Shown here in pieces: positions 1-9,989 of a stretch of DNA of 64,000 nt. Each line of letters begins with the position of its first letter. Positions within the stretch are counted from its first letter, which is position 1. Made by a program: the position numbers and the translations under genes. The notes beneath the pieces were generated by a model. That model saw nothing but the letters and a program-made list of their open reading frames with translations. It was not told the DNA's origin and searched no databases. Source of the DNA: a bacterium (GTDB taxonomy: Bacteria; Zhuqueibacterota; Zhuqueibacteria; Residuimicrobiales; Krinioviventaceae); assembly GCA_963693055.1 (NCBI GenBank), contig OY843751.1, positions 5,312,001-5,376,000 on the forward strand, written 5' to 3'.

Positions 1-271
1 CATATAACCACTGACTAATATTAACAGTTTTAAATTAAAAAGCAAGCAAAGTGTATCAAACTGTTCATTTTCAGATGATTGTATCGTTCGAAAACAACTC
101 TGCAAATTTTGCAGAGTTGTTTTAAAATAATTCGTACCATCATCAAAAAGCGTCAACGTAAACCCAATAAAAACAATGCAAAAATTTGAAAAAAAAGTGA
201 GAAATCAGACTTTTTCAGGTGCAGATTTTGCAACAGCGGGCATAAACTTGACCGAAACCACAGGAGAAAAA

Positions 272-3200
272 ATGAACTCGGAAACAGCAAGAAAATCCTA
301 TACCTGGAAAAGTAAAACCTTTTACACCTATTTCCTGATACTCCTCACACTCGCATTATCAGCTTTGCCTGTCTTTGCTATCAGTGTGAATGATTTGGAA
401 ATTGTACCCGGCTATGTATTAGATGCAAATGGAAAGTATGCTGACATTGCAATAAGCCCGGTAGACAAGAGTGTTCATGTGGTATGGGAAAACAATTATG
501 ATGTATATTACAGTTATCGCACTCCGGACGGCAACTGGATGCCCCCCGAAACCATTGGCGATGGCGGCAGAATTGTAGAGGGGCTGGATGAGCATGGCTT
601 ACCAGATCGCTGTTCCGCAATAACAGTAGATGGTAATGGGGTTGTTCATATTGTTTTTGCTGAACGTGATGGCGACTTTAATTATTGCAAGGGAAACTAT
701 GGCAACTGGGGCATAATTGATGAGATCGAAGAATCCCCAACCTCTAAAATAGTGCCAGACATTGTTGAATCACAAGGCAATATTTATACTATCTATGAAG
801 AAGGATATGAAGACAATATCTATGTGGTACCATACATCAATGGCCAATGGCAATCCAAAATCTTTATCGAACGCGGGGAATATCCCTCTCTTTACAAAAA
901 CGATACCGGTACCATTTACTTGCTAAGCAGAAACCGTGAAACCATCCGTAACGCGTTGTTTGGTTATCTGCAAACCGGAGAAACCAGTTTTCACATGGTT
1001 TCCAATGTAACAGATGCCGTTTACAGACTTGGCGGAGGCCCCAACCTGGCAGTACATAATGGCAAATTGTATCTGGCGTGGTGTGATGTGCCCGGTCCGG
1101 ATGGTCCTACAAAGACTATAATGTTTTGTGGAACAGCCGAAGAACCCGGTCTTTCATGGAATACTAAATTGGGTGGAAGTAATCCTCTCTATTACGAAGA
1201 TACCGCAACTCCACATCCTCGTGTTGCAACCTTTGATGATGGCACCGTAGTTTATATGAACGCAAGACGTCAGGATAAACGCTATATGATTTGGGAAGGA
1301 GACCAATGGAGTGTAGGCAGAGAAGCTCCCTGGCTTGGTGGTTTGATAGAAGTAGAAAGTGATGGTTCTACCATTTGGGTTGCAAACACTTCTGCTCCGG
1401 GCATTACGGTTTTTGGTATTCGTAATCCTACCCTCATTCAATCCAATGACCTGGAAATTGCCGAACATACTGTTTTGGACGAGCATGGTTTTAGCGGAGA
1501 TATTGCTATCAATCCGTTAAACGGAGATATTAGCAGTTTGTGGGTCAACGACAACGATATTCGAATTCGCACAAGAAGCGCAGAAGGTGGCTGGGACCAA
1601 ATGCAGGAACTGGCTTTAGATAATATCAATGTTTATGGCGAAGATCAATACCAGTTTCCGCAACGCTGTACAGCCATGGATATTGATTCCGCCGGCATTA
1701 TACACATTGTATTAGCAGACGAAAACGGTAATATCTATGCCATGAACAACAGCAGTGGTGATTGGTCGGAACCTGAACTTTTGGCAACGGTACCCTCCTT
1801 TGCTATTTATCCGGATATTATTACCAAAGGCGAATATCGTTATGTAGTGTATCATGACGTTAGCAACAATACCGTCCAAGCTATTGAATATGACGGATCA
1901 TGGGGAGACCCTCAAGATCTGGGTATCGGTTCTCACCCCAGCCTTGAACGTGGTGAAAATGGTATGATTTATCTGCTCTTCCAGGAAGAGGAAACCGGCA
2001 AACGCTATGCACAATTTGCATACAAAGTACCGGGTTACACAGACTGGATGTTTCAGGAAAGTATAACCAATCCCGTAGACGAATTGGGTGATTCTCCGTA
2101 CATGGCTGTAGGCAATGGAAAAATCTATATTGGCTGGAACAACAACACCGAAAATTCAGGTGACTACAAGGGTGAAATTTTCTGTGCAGCGGCAGATGAA
2201 CCGGGCATGGACTGGACTTCCCGTTGGGGCAAAGAGCAACCCTTATTTTATGAAAATACGGGTGATCCTCATATCCGTCCTTCTGTCTATTCCGATGGAA
2301 GCGTTCTGCTTTTAAACGGCAGACGCCAAACCCCCAGAATTATGGTATACGAGAACGATATGTGGAGCAGTACTGCACTTGCGCCCTGGTCAGGCGGTAC
2401 ACCTCAGGTAGTTAATGACGGACAAAATGCCTGGGTTATGGTTTCTCAAATTTCATCCGCATCTTCAACTGTTTCTGTTTCTGCCATAGGCATGCCGGGA
2501 GCAGCTAAAAACACATATAACAATCCGGTGCCTGAATTTACAACAACACCTGATCTGTTTGCAAATGCAAATTCCGTTTGGACCTATTCACCCGCAGCCC
2601 TGGATGATGATGCCAATCCTTTGACCTGGGAACTGGTTTTAGGACCGGACAATATGACAATAAATCCATCTACAGGTGTTGTAGAATGGACACCCTCAGA
2701 AGAAGACAAAGATTTAGATCTTTGGGGTAAAGGCGCAGGTTATTACCTGACCGGTATTAAAGCCATAGACTCTGAAGGTGGTTGGCAAACCCAGTATTTC
2801 TGGATTCGAATTGCCGGCGTCAACTTTGATCCCAAAATTACATCTACACCTCAAACTCAAGCTTTTGTTGACACTTTGTATACATACAAAGTCATTGCAA
2901 GCGACGAAGATGGTGACACACTGAGTTTCTCAATTACCGAAGGTCCTGCAACAATGTCTATAGACGCTGATTCTGGCCTGGTAATATGGACTCCTCAGGA
3001 TGGAGACGAAGGGGACCATACTATCCGAATTCGAGTTGACGATGGTAAAGGCGGTTCCGCCGTTCAGGAATATACCCTGAATGTGATCAAGGTCGTTTTA
3101 CCTCCCGACCCATGGTTTGTTGCAGATACTACAAACGGACTTGCACCACTGACAGTTCAGTTTACAGATGAATCTGAAGGCGATATTATCTCGTGGCAGT

Positions 3201-4156
3201 GGGAATTTGGTGACGGTGGTACAAGTACACTGCAAAATCCATTGCATATTTTTGAAACAGCAGGTTCATTTTCAATCAGATTAAAAATTGTCAGTACCGG
3301 TGGTGTGGCCACACTGATACGCGAAGGCTATATCAATGTTTATAACGAAGACCTGGTTCCCGCCTTTAGTGCAGATACAACCAGCGGCAAAACCCCGTTA
3401 ACGGTCCAGTTTACAGATGAATCTACCGGAGACATTGATGAATGGTACTGGGATTTTGGTGATTCCACCTATAGCGATGAACAAAACCCACAGCATGTTT
3501 ACAGCACCAACGGCAACTTTGATGTTAAATTAACCATTAAAGGACCACGCGGCTCCAGCACCCTTGTTAAGGAATCTTACATTCAGATCATTCCAGATCC
3601 ACCAGTGGCAATGTTTTCCGCAGAACCCGTACAAGGTCCTGCCCCACTAACCGTTAATTTTAGTGATCAAAGCGAAGGTATAGTAGACAGCTGGTTCTGG
3701 AACTTTGGAGACGGTATTACAAGTGATGAACAAAATCCAACACATACCTATACAAGTGTGGGAACCTATACCGTAACACTGATTGCTACAAACAATGGTG
3801 GAAGTGATACATTGACAGTTAACGGATATGTACAGGTACAAACCGGTACACTGGTAGAAAGCAATACTGAAACACCAAACAAATTCCAATTGCAGCAGAA
3901 TTACCCCAATCCTTTCAATGCGCAAACAACAGTCCGCTATGACTTGCCTCGTGCTGCGGATGTATTACTAACCATCTATGATGTAAATGGTAAAATGGTT
4001 AAAACGCTTTTCAAGGGCGTTCAATCTGCCGGCACCTATCGGTACATTTGGGATGGTACCGATTATAATGGCAACATGAGCGCTTCAGGAATGTATATTC
4101 TCCATATGCAGGCCAATGACTATTTAAGCGACAAGAAAATCATACTCATCAAATAG
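272..4156 (+). CDS. Large secreted protein: two tandem beta-propeller-like modules, two cadherin/putative-Ig domains, three PKD domains, T9SS-type C-terminal sorting domain
   Basis: AGGAG RBS at 262-266 before ATG 272 (ORF track starts at 176). Signal peptide ends ALPVFA. Internal duplication (NDLEI..., LYYEDTATPH/LFYENTGDPH, APWLGG/APWSGG). Three 'PLTVxFxDxSxG...WxWxFGD' PKD repeats. C-terminal 'FQLQQNYPNPFNAQT...SGMY...KKIILIK'. Confidence 0.85.
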   Translation: MNSETARKSYTWKSKTFYTYFLILLTLALSALPVFAISVNDLEIVPGYVLDANGKYADIAISPVDKSVHVVWENNYDVYYSYRTPDGNWMPPETIGDGGRIVEGLDEHGLPDRCSAITVDGNGVVHIVFAERDGDFNYCKGNYGNWGIIDEIEESPTSKIVPDIVESQGNIYTIYEEGYEDNIYVVPYINGQWQSKIFIERGEYPSLYKNDTGTIYLLSRNRETIRNALFGYLQTGETSFHMVSNVTDAVYRLGGGPNLAVHNGKLYLAWCDVPGPDGPTKTIMFCGTAEEPGLSWNTKLGGSNPLYYEDTATPHPRVATFDDGTVVYMNARRQDKRYMIWEGDQWSVGREAPWLGGLIEVESDGSTIWVANTSAPGITVFGIRNPTLIQSNDLEIAEHTVLDEHGFSGDIAINPLNGDISSLWVNDNDIRIRTRSAEGGWDQMQELALDNINVYGEDQYQFPQRCTAMDIDSAGIIHIVLADENGNIYAMNNSSGDWSEPELLATVPSFAIYPDIITKGEYRYVVYHDVSNNTVQAIEYDGSWGDPQDLGIGSHPSLERGENGMIYLLFQEEETGKRYAQFAYKVPGYTDWMFQESITNPVDELGDSPYMAVGNGKIYIGWNNNTENSGDYKGEIFCAAADEPGMDWTSRWGKEQPLFYENTGDPHIRPSVYSDGSVLLLNGRRQTPRIMVYENDMWSSTALAPWSGGTPQVVNDGQNAWVMVSQISSASSTVSVSAIGMPGAAKNTYNNPVPEFTTTPDLFANANSVWTYSPAALDDDANPLTWELVLGPDNMTINPSTGVVEWTPSEEDKDLDLWGKGAGYYLTGIKAIDSEGGWQTQYFWIRIAGVNFDPKITSTPQTQAFVDTLYTYKVIASDEDGDTLSFSITEGPATMSIDADSGLVIWTPQDGDEGDHTIRIRVDDGKGGSAVQEYTLNVIKVVLPPDPWFVADTTNGLAPLTVQFTDESEGDIISWQWEFGDGGTSTLQNPLHIFETAGSFSIRLKIVSTGGVATLIREGYINVYNEDLVPAFSADTTSGKTPLTVQFTDESTGDIDEWYWDFGDSTYSDEQNPQHVYSTNGNFDVKLTIKGPRGSSTLVKESYIQIIPDPPVAMFSAEPVQGPAPLTVNFSDQSEGIVDSWFWNFGDGITSDEQNPTHTYTSVGTYTVTLIATNNGGSDTLTVNGYVQVQTGTLVESNTETPNKFQLQQNYPNPFNAQTTVRYDLPRAADVLLTIYDVNGKMVKTLFKGVQSAGTYRYIWDGTDYNGNMSASGMYILHMQANDYLSDKKIILIK

Positions 4157-4163
4157 CTTTAAC

Positions 4164-4201
4164 ATAACGGAAGGGAGAAATCCCTTCCGTTATCCTTTTT
4201 T
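4164..4201 (+). terminator. Rho-independent terminator
   Basis: Perfect 13-bp stem ATAACGGAAGGGA/TCCCTTCCGTTAT with GAAA loop, then a T-tract, just after the stop at 4156. Confidence 0.85.
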
Positions 4202-4285
4202 CTCCAAAACTGCTTTAATTTTTTGATTGAATTTAATAAATTTATTTTATAACTTTTTTCACAACTTAAACGTTTGAGGAGAGAT

Positions 4286-6415
4286 ATGGGAAAAAAAATA
4301 TTTTATTTCACAATGTATTTACTAATCAGTATTGCCTTTACAAGCTGTAATAGCACCTCTTCCAGGATTGATCGAAAAGCAGTTGTTACACGTAACAATC
4401 CGCACATCACCACAGTCGATCCCCTGGCACCACTTACCGTAGGTAACGGTGAATTTGCTTTTACTGCTGACGTTACAGGCCTTCAGACCTTTCCGGATTT
4501 TTACTACCAAAATGGCATCCCCATAGAAACACAGACTGAATGGGCATGGCACTCTTTTGACAATCCCAATGGATATACTTTAAAAGATGCCTATCGCTAT
4601 TATGACGTACATGGCCGCCAGGTGGGATACCCTACCAACGAACGAACCAAAGCCGGTCAATGGTTGCGTTTAAATCCGCATAAGCTACCGTTGATTGAAA
4701 TTGGCTTTAGATACAAAAAAGCAGATGGCTCTGAATTAACTGTCAAGGATGTTAAAAATATCGACCAAACGCTGGACATGTGGACCGGTTTACTTTCAAG
4801 CTCCTTTACACTCGACAATGCCCCCGTCAATGTTCAAACCGTTTCTGATCCAGAGGCAGACAAGGTGTCTTTCAAGGTGCAATCTCCCTTGTTAAAAGAG
4901 GGTAAATTGACTGTTTCGCTAAGGTTCCCCTTTACACACAATACCCGCATTAAAAACAAACCAGATGTAGACTGGAACAGCCCTGATAAACACACCACCA
5001 CAATTCTGGATCAGGCAAAGGATCATATTATTTTGCAAAGAGATTTGGATACAACCCGCTTTTACACTCAATTCACCTGGTCTGGTTCTGCAAAACTTGA
5101 ACAACCCAACAAGCATGCGTTTGTATTGTCAAATCCATCCGAGTCTTTTGAATTTTCCTGTGAATTTTCTCAAGACAAAAATTTTGCAGCAGGTAACATT
5201 CAATCCATTACTGCGGCATCCGCAGAAGCGTGGGAAGCATACTGGCTCTCCGGCGGTATGATTGACTTTTCAGAATGTAAAGATACCCGTGCCAAAGAAC
5301 TGGAAAGACGCGTTATTTTGTCATTATATCTCATGCGCAATCAATATTGCGGCAAAATACCACCATCCGAAACCGGTCTGACCCATAGCAGTTGGTATGG
5401 TAAACACAATACGGAAATGTACTGGTGGCATGCTGCACATTTTGCATTGTGGGACCGTCCAGAGTTGATGGAAAACAGTTTGCCCTGGTACATATCCATT
5501 ATGGACCATGCAAAAGCTACAGCCAAAGAACGCGGATTTGAAGGCGCCAACTGGTCAAAAATGGTAGGACCGGACGGCCGTGAAAGTCCCGGTGGCAACC
5601 CACTCATTATCTGGAACCAACCCATGCCTATTTATATGGCCGAATTAATTTATCGTCAGCATCCTACTCAGAAAACGTTGAACAAATATAAAGAAATGGT
5701 TTTTGAAACCGCTAAATTTTTAGCTTCCTTTGCCTATTGGGATAAAGATACGCAACGCTATGTTTTGGGTCCCCCATTGTGGCTGTCTCAGGAAATTTAT
5801 GACCAAAGCAAGAGTCAGAATCCTACCTTTGAACTGGAATACTGGTATTTCAGCCTGAAACTCGCACAGGAATGGAAAGAACGCTTGGGCGAGCCCCGTG
5901 TAGAAAAATGGGACCATGTCATTGAACACATGTCTCAATTACCAACCAAAGACGGATTATATGTGGCCCTGGAATCTACTCCAGACACTTTTGATAATAT
6001 AGAAAGCCGCAGAGACCACCCCTCATTGCTGGCAGTGTTGGGTGTTTTGCCCGGTGAACGTGTTGACAAAGAAATTATGAAAAAAACGTTGGACCAGGTC
6101 ATGAAAACCTGGGACTGGGAAGCCAAAATCTGGGGTTGGGACTACCCCATGATCGCCATGACGGCAACCCGTGTTGGTCGTCCTGACATCGCAGTCAAAG
6201 TATTATTGATGGATGCCCCCAACAACGACTATACAGCGAATGGTCACTGTCCACAACGTCAAGACCTGGCTGTTTATATGCCGGCTAACGGCTCTTTATT
6301 GTCCGCTGTTGCATTAATGTGCGCCGGTTGGGACGGAGCTGAAACTGAATCGCCCGGCTTTCCCAAAGACGGCAACTGGAACGTAAAATGGGAAGGTATT
6401 TCACCTCTGCCATAA
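4286..6415 (+). CDS. Lipoprotein six-hairpin glycoside hydrolase (GH65/GH95-like, substrate unknown)
   Basis: Lipobox IAFTS-C. N-terminal 'LTVGNGEFAFTADVTGLQTFP', plus 'WYGKHNTEMYWWH', 'DHPS' and 'WGWDYPM' motifs of GH65-like (alpha/alpha)6 hydrolases. GAGGAG RBS before ATG 4286. Confidence 0.7.
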   Translation: MGKKIFYFTMYLLISIAFTSCNSTSSRIDRKAVVTRNNPHITTVDPLAPLTVGNGEFAFTADVTGLQTFPDFYYQNGIPIETQTEWAWHSFDNPNGYTLKDAYRYYDVHGRQVGYPTNERTKAGQWLRLNPHKLPLIEIGFRYKKADGSELTVKDVKNIDQTLDMWTGLLSSSFTLDNAPVNVQTVSDPEADKVSFKVQSPLLKEGKLTVSLRFPFTHNTRIKNKPDVDWNSPDKHTTTILDQAKDHIILQRDLDTTRFYTQFTWSGSAKLEQPNKHAFVLSNPSESFEFSCEFSQDKNFAAGNIQSITAASAEAWEAYWLSGGMIDFSECKDTRAKELERRVILSLYLMRNQYCGKIPPSETGLTHSSWYGKHNTEMYWWHAAHFALWDRPELMENSLPWYISIMDHAKATAKERGFEGANWSKMVGPDGRESPGGNPLIIWNQPMPIYMAELIYRQHPTQKTLNKYKEMVFETAKFLASFAYWDKDTQRYVLGPPLWLSQEIYDQSKSQNPTFELEYWYFSLKLAQEWKERLGEPRVEKWDHVIEHMSQLPTKDGLYVALESTPDTFDNIESRRDHPSLLAVLGVLPGERVDKEIMKKTLDQVMKTWDWEAKIWGWDYPMIAMTATRVGRPDIAVKVLLMDAPNNDYTANGHCPQRQDLAVYMPANGSLLSAVALMCAGWDGAETESPGFPKDGNWNVKWEGISPLP

Positions 6416-6439
6416 TTTAATTTTTCCACAATTACCCTG

Positions 6440-6478
6440 AGCATGGGTCGGAGCTTCCACCCGATCCATGCTTTTTTT
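6440..6478 (+). terminator. Hairpin terminator between convergent genes
   Basis: AGCATGGGTCGG...CCGATCCATGCT stem followed by a T-tract. Confidence 0.65.
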
Positions 6479-7577
6479 ATTTCACAAACACCATTTTTCT
6501 CGACACCCGGTAGTCTCCCACAACAATGCTGTATATATATACCCCCGAGCTCAATCTTGCAGCATCCCAATCAATTGAATGGAAACCGGGTTGAACAAAT
6601 CCGTTCAATAGCGTAGCAACTTTTTGCCCTGTAATATTATAAACATCTAAACTTGTCCACATATACTCAGGAACCTGGAAACGAATTGTCGTTATGGGAT
6701 TAAAAGGATTGGGATAGTTTTGATACAGTTCAAAGCCTTCCGGCACCGGGTTCTCACCATCAACATCCGTAATAATGGGTGTCAGATCAATAAAGTCCAC
6801 TGTATTGTCACTGTAATTCGGAACAGCAAGAATATTATCTCGTGTATTGATATAAATATCTGCAGGATCAATATGCCCGGTTGATATGGTATCTGCTTCT
6901 TCCAGGCTAAACAAGGGATCATAACGGAATACGCCATCGCTTCCCCATGAAGAAAAATAAATATACCCGGTACTGTCTATGGCCAGACCATCCAACTGTC
7001 CATGGTAGGTCCGAATAACCTCAGTTACCGATGAATCAGCAAGGTCAACACGTTTAATATCTCTACCGGTGCAAAAATACAACAATTCAGGATCAGGTAT
7101 ATACAGAATACCATTAATGCCGGTCAATCCTGTCGCAAAATCCGTGTAAAAATAGGTTTCCGGTCTAATCTTGTAAATCTTGCCCTGTGATGAATCCGTT
7201 ACATAAAGATTACCAAGCGTATCTGACGTTATGTCATTTAAAAACGTTCGCCCTTTAATTTCAATGATTCGGACCGTTTTCCCGGTCTCTAAATCAATTT
7301 CTACAATACCCTCGGTACCAGCCCCATAAAGATGACCATCAAGAATATGCAGCCCCCTGCACGATGACAGGGTATCATTAAAAACCGAACCTGTTAAAAG
7401 ACTATCCAAAACTATAATCTTGCCATCATTCTTGTTTGACACAAAATAACGATTGCTGTCATAATCAAACACTACACTTTCCGGCTCATTGAACAATCCA
7501 TCACCATAAACACCAAACGCAATTAAAAGTACCAGAATCAGTAAGGAAACACTGAATACGCTTTTATAATACGGCAT
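6477..7577 (-). CDS. SMP-30/gluconolactonase-like beta-propeller protein with T9SS-type C-terminal sorting domain
   Basis: 'FNEPESV', 'FLNDIT', 'GINGI', 'QLDGL', 'PADI' blade motifs; signal peptide; C-terminal 'LYQNYPNPFNPIT...SSGVY...KMVFVK'. Confidence 0.8.
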   Translation of the reverse strand: MPYYKSVFSVSLLILVLLIAFGVYGDGLFNEPESVVFDYDSNRYFVSNKNDGKIIVLDSLLTGSVFNDTLSSCRGLHILDGHLYGAGTEGIVEIDLETGKTVRIIEIKGRTFLNDITSDTLGNLYVTDSSQGKIYKIRPETYFYTDFATGLTGINGILYIPDPELLYFCTGRDIKRVDLADSSVTEVIRTYHGQLDGLAIDSTGYIYFSSWGSDGVFRYDPLFSLEEADTISTGHIDPADIYINTRDNILAVPNYSDNTVDFIDLTPIITDVDGENPVPEGFELYQNYPNPFNPITTIRFQVPEYMWTSLDVYNITGQKVATLLNGFVQPGFHSIDWDAARLSSGVYIYSIVVGDYRVSRKMVFVK

Positions 7578-7736
7578 AACACTCCTCCAAGCTATATACG
7601 TCTATATAACAAGTTTTTGGAGGTTAATAATCTGTAAATTTGCAGTACAACAGCTTGTTTTTTTACTTGGGAATTGTAATAAAATCTTTATATTGTAGAA
7701 TCCAATTGTATATCATTTTATAATATGGAGGTTTAC

Positions 7737-8360
7737 TTGAAAGTAGTGAATCTTGTGAGTCATCCCCTGTTGCAGCATTCATTGACAATTCTTCGAGATA
7801 AAAATACAACTACCGAAACATTTGTTCGTCATTCGGCAGTGGTTTCACAAATATTGATACTGGAAGCAACCAAAAATCTAAAAATGGAAAACCACCCCAT
7901 TGAAACACCCATAACCCAAACAAACGGATTACAAATTCGCGAGTCCTTGGTATTTGTTCCGGTACTGCGTGCCGGTATTTCCATGCTCATACCGGCTAGA
8001 GAATTTTTACCCTGGGTTTCGGTCGGATTTATAGGGCTTGAACGTGACGAAAGCACCGCCAAGGCCCGCGAGTATTACCAGAAATTCCCTCACGATCTGG
8101 ATCGCAAACATGTCCTGGTGCTTGACCCCATGCTGGCAACCGGAGGTTCATTAATCAATACCATTCAAGCGCTACAGGATAAAGGCGCACATAAAATATC
8201 GGCAGTTTGTATTGTCGCGGCACCAGAGGGAATAGATGCCCTTCATAAACAGTTTCCTGCTGTAGATATCTTTACCGCTGCAATTGATTCGAATTTAAAT
8301 AATTTTAAATATATCGTCCCCGGATTGGGAGATTACGGTGACCGCTATTTCGGCACCTGA
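7737..8360 (+). CDS. upp: Uracil phosphoribosyltransferase
   Basis: 'HPL', 'VPVLRAG', PRPP-binding 'VLDPMLATGGS', 'YIVPGLGDYGDRYFGT'. GGAGG RBS favours TTG 7737; the ORF track starts at 7725. Confidence 0.95.
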   Translation: MKVVNLVSHPLLQHSLTILRDKNTTTETFVRHSAVVSQILILEATKNLKMENHPIETPITQTNGLQIRESLVFVPVLRAGISMLIPAREFLPWVSVGFIGLERDESTAKAREYYQKFPHDLDRKHVLVLDPMLATGGSLINTIQALQDKGAHKISAVCIVAAPEGIDALHKQFPAVDIFTAAIDSNLNNFKYIVPGLGDYGDRYFGT

Positions 8361-8406
8361 TTCCCTTATCCGGATCATAACCTTAATCGACAGGAGAAAG
8401 CACGAA

Positions 8407-8961
8407 ATGAGAAATGCTGTATATTTTACTATTGTAATGATCATTCTGGCTACCGCACTATTATCAGGGTGCAGCCAGCAAAAGCAGGAGGCAAATATGG
8501 AAAGCAAGCCGGCCCAATTGATTGACAAGCTGGAAAATGCTGAAAAATATTACGATTTACATCCGGGTTTTCAAAAAGCCTTTGAATTTCTGCGTCAGGA
8601 AAACCTTGCGGAAATGGAAGCAAAACGTTATGAACTTGATGGAGACAAACTCGTTGCAACCATCGACAAAGCACAGGGCCGCAGTAAAGATTCTGCATAC
8701 CTTGAAGCACACCGTCAGTTTATCGATATCCAATATTGTATCAAAGGCCCGGAAACATTTGGCTGGAAACCCACAGATACTTGTACCGATGTCCGTGAAG
8801 AATACAAACCCGATATCATGTTCTTTAACGATACTCCGGATGCTTATAACACATTGACAGCCGGACAATTTACCATCTTTTTTCCAAATGACGCACACTC
8901 TCCACTGATAAGTGACGGAGACTTGCATAAAGTGGTAATCAAAGTAGCTGTAGATTATTAA
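8407..8961 (+). CDS. YhcH/YjgK/YiaL (DUF386, NanQ/TabA-like) protein with lipoprotein signal peptide
   Basis: 'LEAHRQFIDIQY', 'DIMFF', 'FTIFFPNDAHSP', 'KVVIKV'. AGGAG RBS before ATG 8407; lipobox LLSG-C. Confidence 0.85.
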   Translation: MRNAVYFTIVMIILATALLSGCSQQKQEANMESKPAQLIDKLENAEKYYDLHPGFQKAFEFLRQENLAEMEAKRYELDGDKLVATIDKAQGRSKDSAYLEAHRQFIDIQYCIKGPETFGWKPTDTCTDVREEYKPDIMFFNDTPDAYNTLTAGQFTIFFPNDAHSPLISDGDLHKVVIKVAVDY

Positions 8962-9014
8962 TTGATATTATCCATTCCCGGGGACCAGTTCCCCGGGATA
9001 TTAAAGGAATTTTT

Positions 9015-9461
9015 ATGAAGATCTGGGTCGACGCCGATGCCTGCCCAAAACCCATCAAAGAGATACTGTATCGTGCCGCCAACCGGCTGCAAATTGTAAC
9101 GGTACTGGTTGCCAATCAAAACCTGTCTGTTCCCACATCTCCATACATACAAATGACCAGAGTAGATTCCGGTTATGATCAGGCGGACAAGTACATTATG
9201 CAGATGACACAATCACGAGACATAATCATTACCGCAGACATTCCCATGGCTGCCGAAGTCATTGCCAAAGGTGCGGTGGTTTTGACGCCACGTGGACGTG
9301 TATATACGGAAGAAAATATAGGCGAGCAACTCTCTATCCGTAATTTCATGGACGAACTGCGCGGAAACGGAGTTCAAACCGGCGGGCCCCCGCCACTCAA
9401 CATGCGTGACCGGGAAGAGTTTTCAAATCAACTGCAAAAACTGATTAACAGCAGAATCTAA
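9015..9461 (+). CDS. YaiI/YqxD (DUF188) family protein
   Basis: 'MKIWVDADACP', 'ITADIPMA', 'GGPPP' motifs. Confidence 0.9.
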   Translation: MKIWVDADACPKPIKEILYRAANRLQIVTVLVANQNLSVPTSPYIQMTRVDSGYDQADKYIMQMTQSRDIIITADIPMAAEVIAKGAVVLTPRGRVYTEENIGEQLSIRNFMDELRGNGVQTGGPPPLNMRDREEFSNQLQKLINSRI

Positions 9462-9496
9462 GCACCTCACCGGGACATTAACCGGCCATTTTAATT

Positions 9497-9901
9497 TCAA
9501 TTCAACAAATCAACCAAACTTTTTACAACCTGTCCATAACCGCTGTGCACATACAATCCAACTTGTGCAATCAGTTTATAAGCTATGGCAAACTGGGCAA
9601 TGGCATATCCCGCAATGGTAAACTGGCTGATGCTGATCAAGCCTACACCAAACTGCGAAAAGTTGACAATGCCCATACCAAACTGCCCAATGGAAATGAT
9701 CCCTTTGGCAGGCACAGGCACACCATTGGGACGAAATTTAAATGCGATATGAAGCAAAGGCCATCCCAATATTGTGGTTTTGCTTTTAAACTCGTAACCC
9801 CAGCCATCCCATTTTTCTTTATAGGGATAAGGCGCACCACAATTCGGGCAAGCCTGTGCCTGCTCGCTGACCTCATGTTGACATTCACGACATTTTTTCA
9901 T
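9497..9901 (-). CDS. Zinc-ribbon membrane-associated protein
   Basis: CxxC-x10-CxxC ('CRECQHEVSEQAQACPNCGAP') followed by small-residue-rich 'GQF/SQF/AQF' repeats. ATG 9901 preferred over 9925. Confidence 0.7.
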   Translation of the reverse strand: MKKCRECQHEVSEQAQACPNCGAPYPYKEKWDGWGYEFKSKTTILGWPLLHIAFKFRPNGVPVPAKGIISIGQFGMGIVNFSQFGVGLISISQFTIAGYAIAQFAIAYKLIAQVGLYVHSGYGQVVKSLVDLLN

Positions 9902-9989
9902 TGCAATACCCTGAATTAAACTCACTACCAGTTAAACACTTGTATTTAAAGAATATTCATGTAAATGCAATTCAACATAAAAACGCAGT

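Noticed and set aside
217-233. AGGTGCAGATTTTGCA as a sigma54 promoter for the first gene
   Set aside because: GG-N10-GC spacing and TTTGCA fit, but the -24 box departs from TGGCAC; too weak to call.
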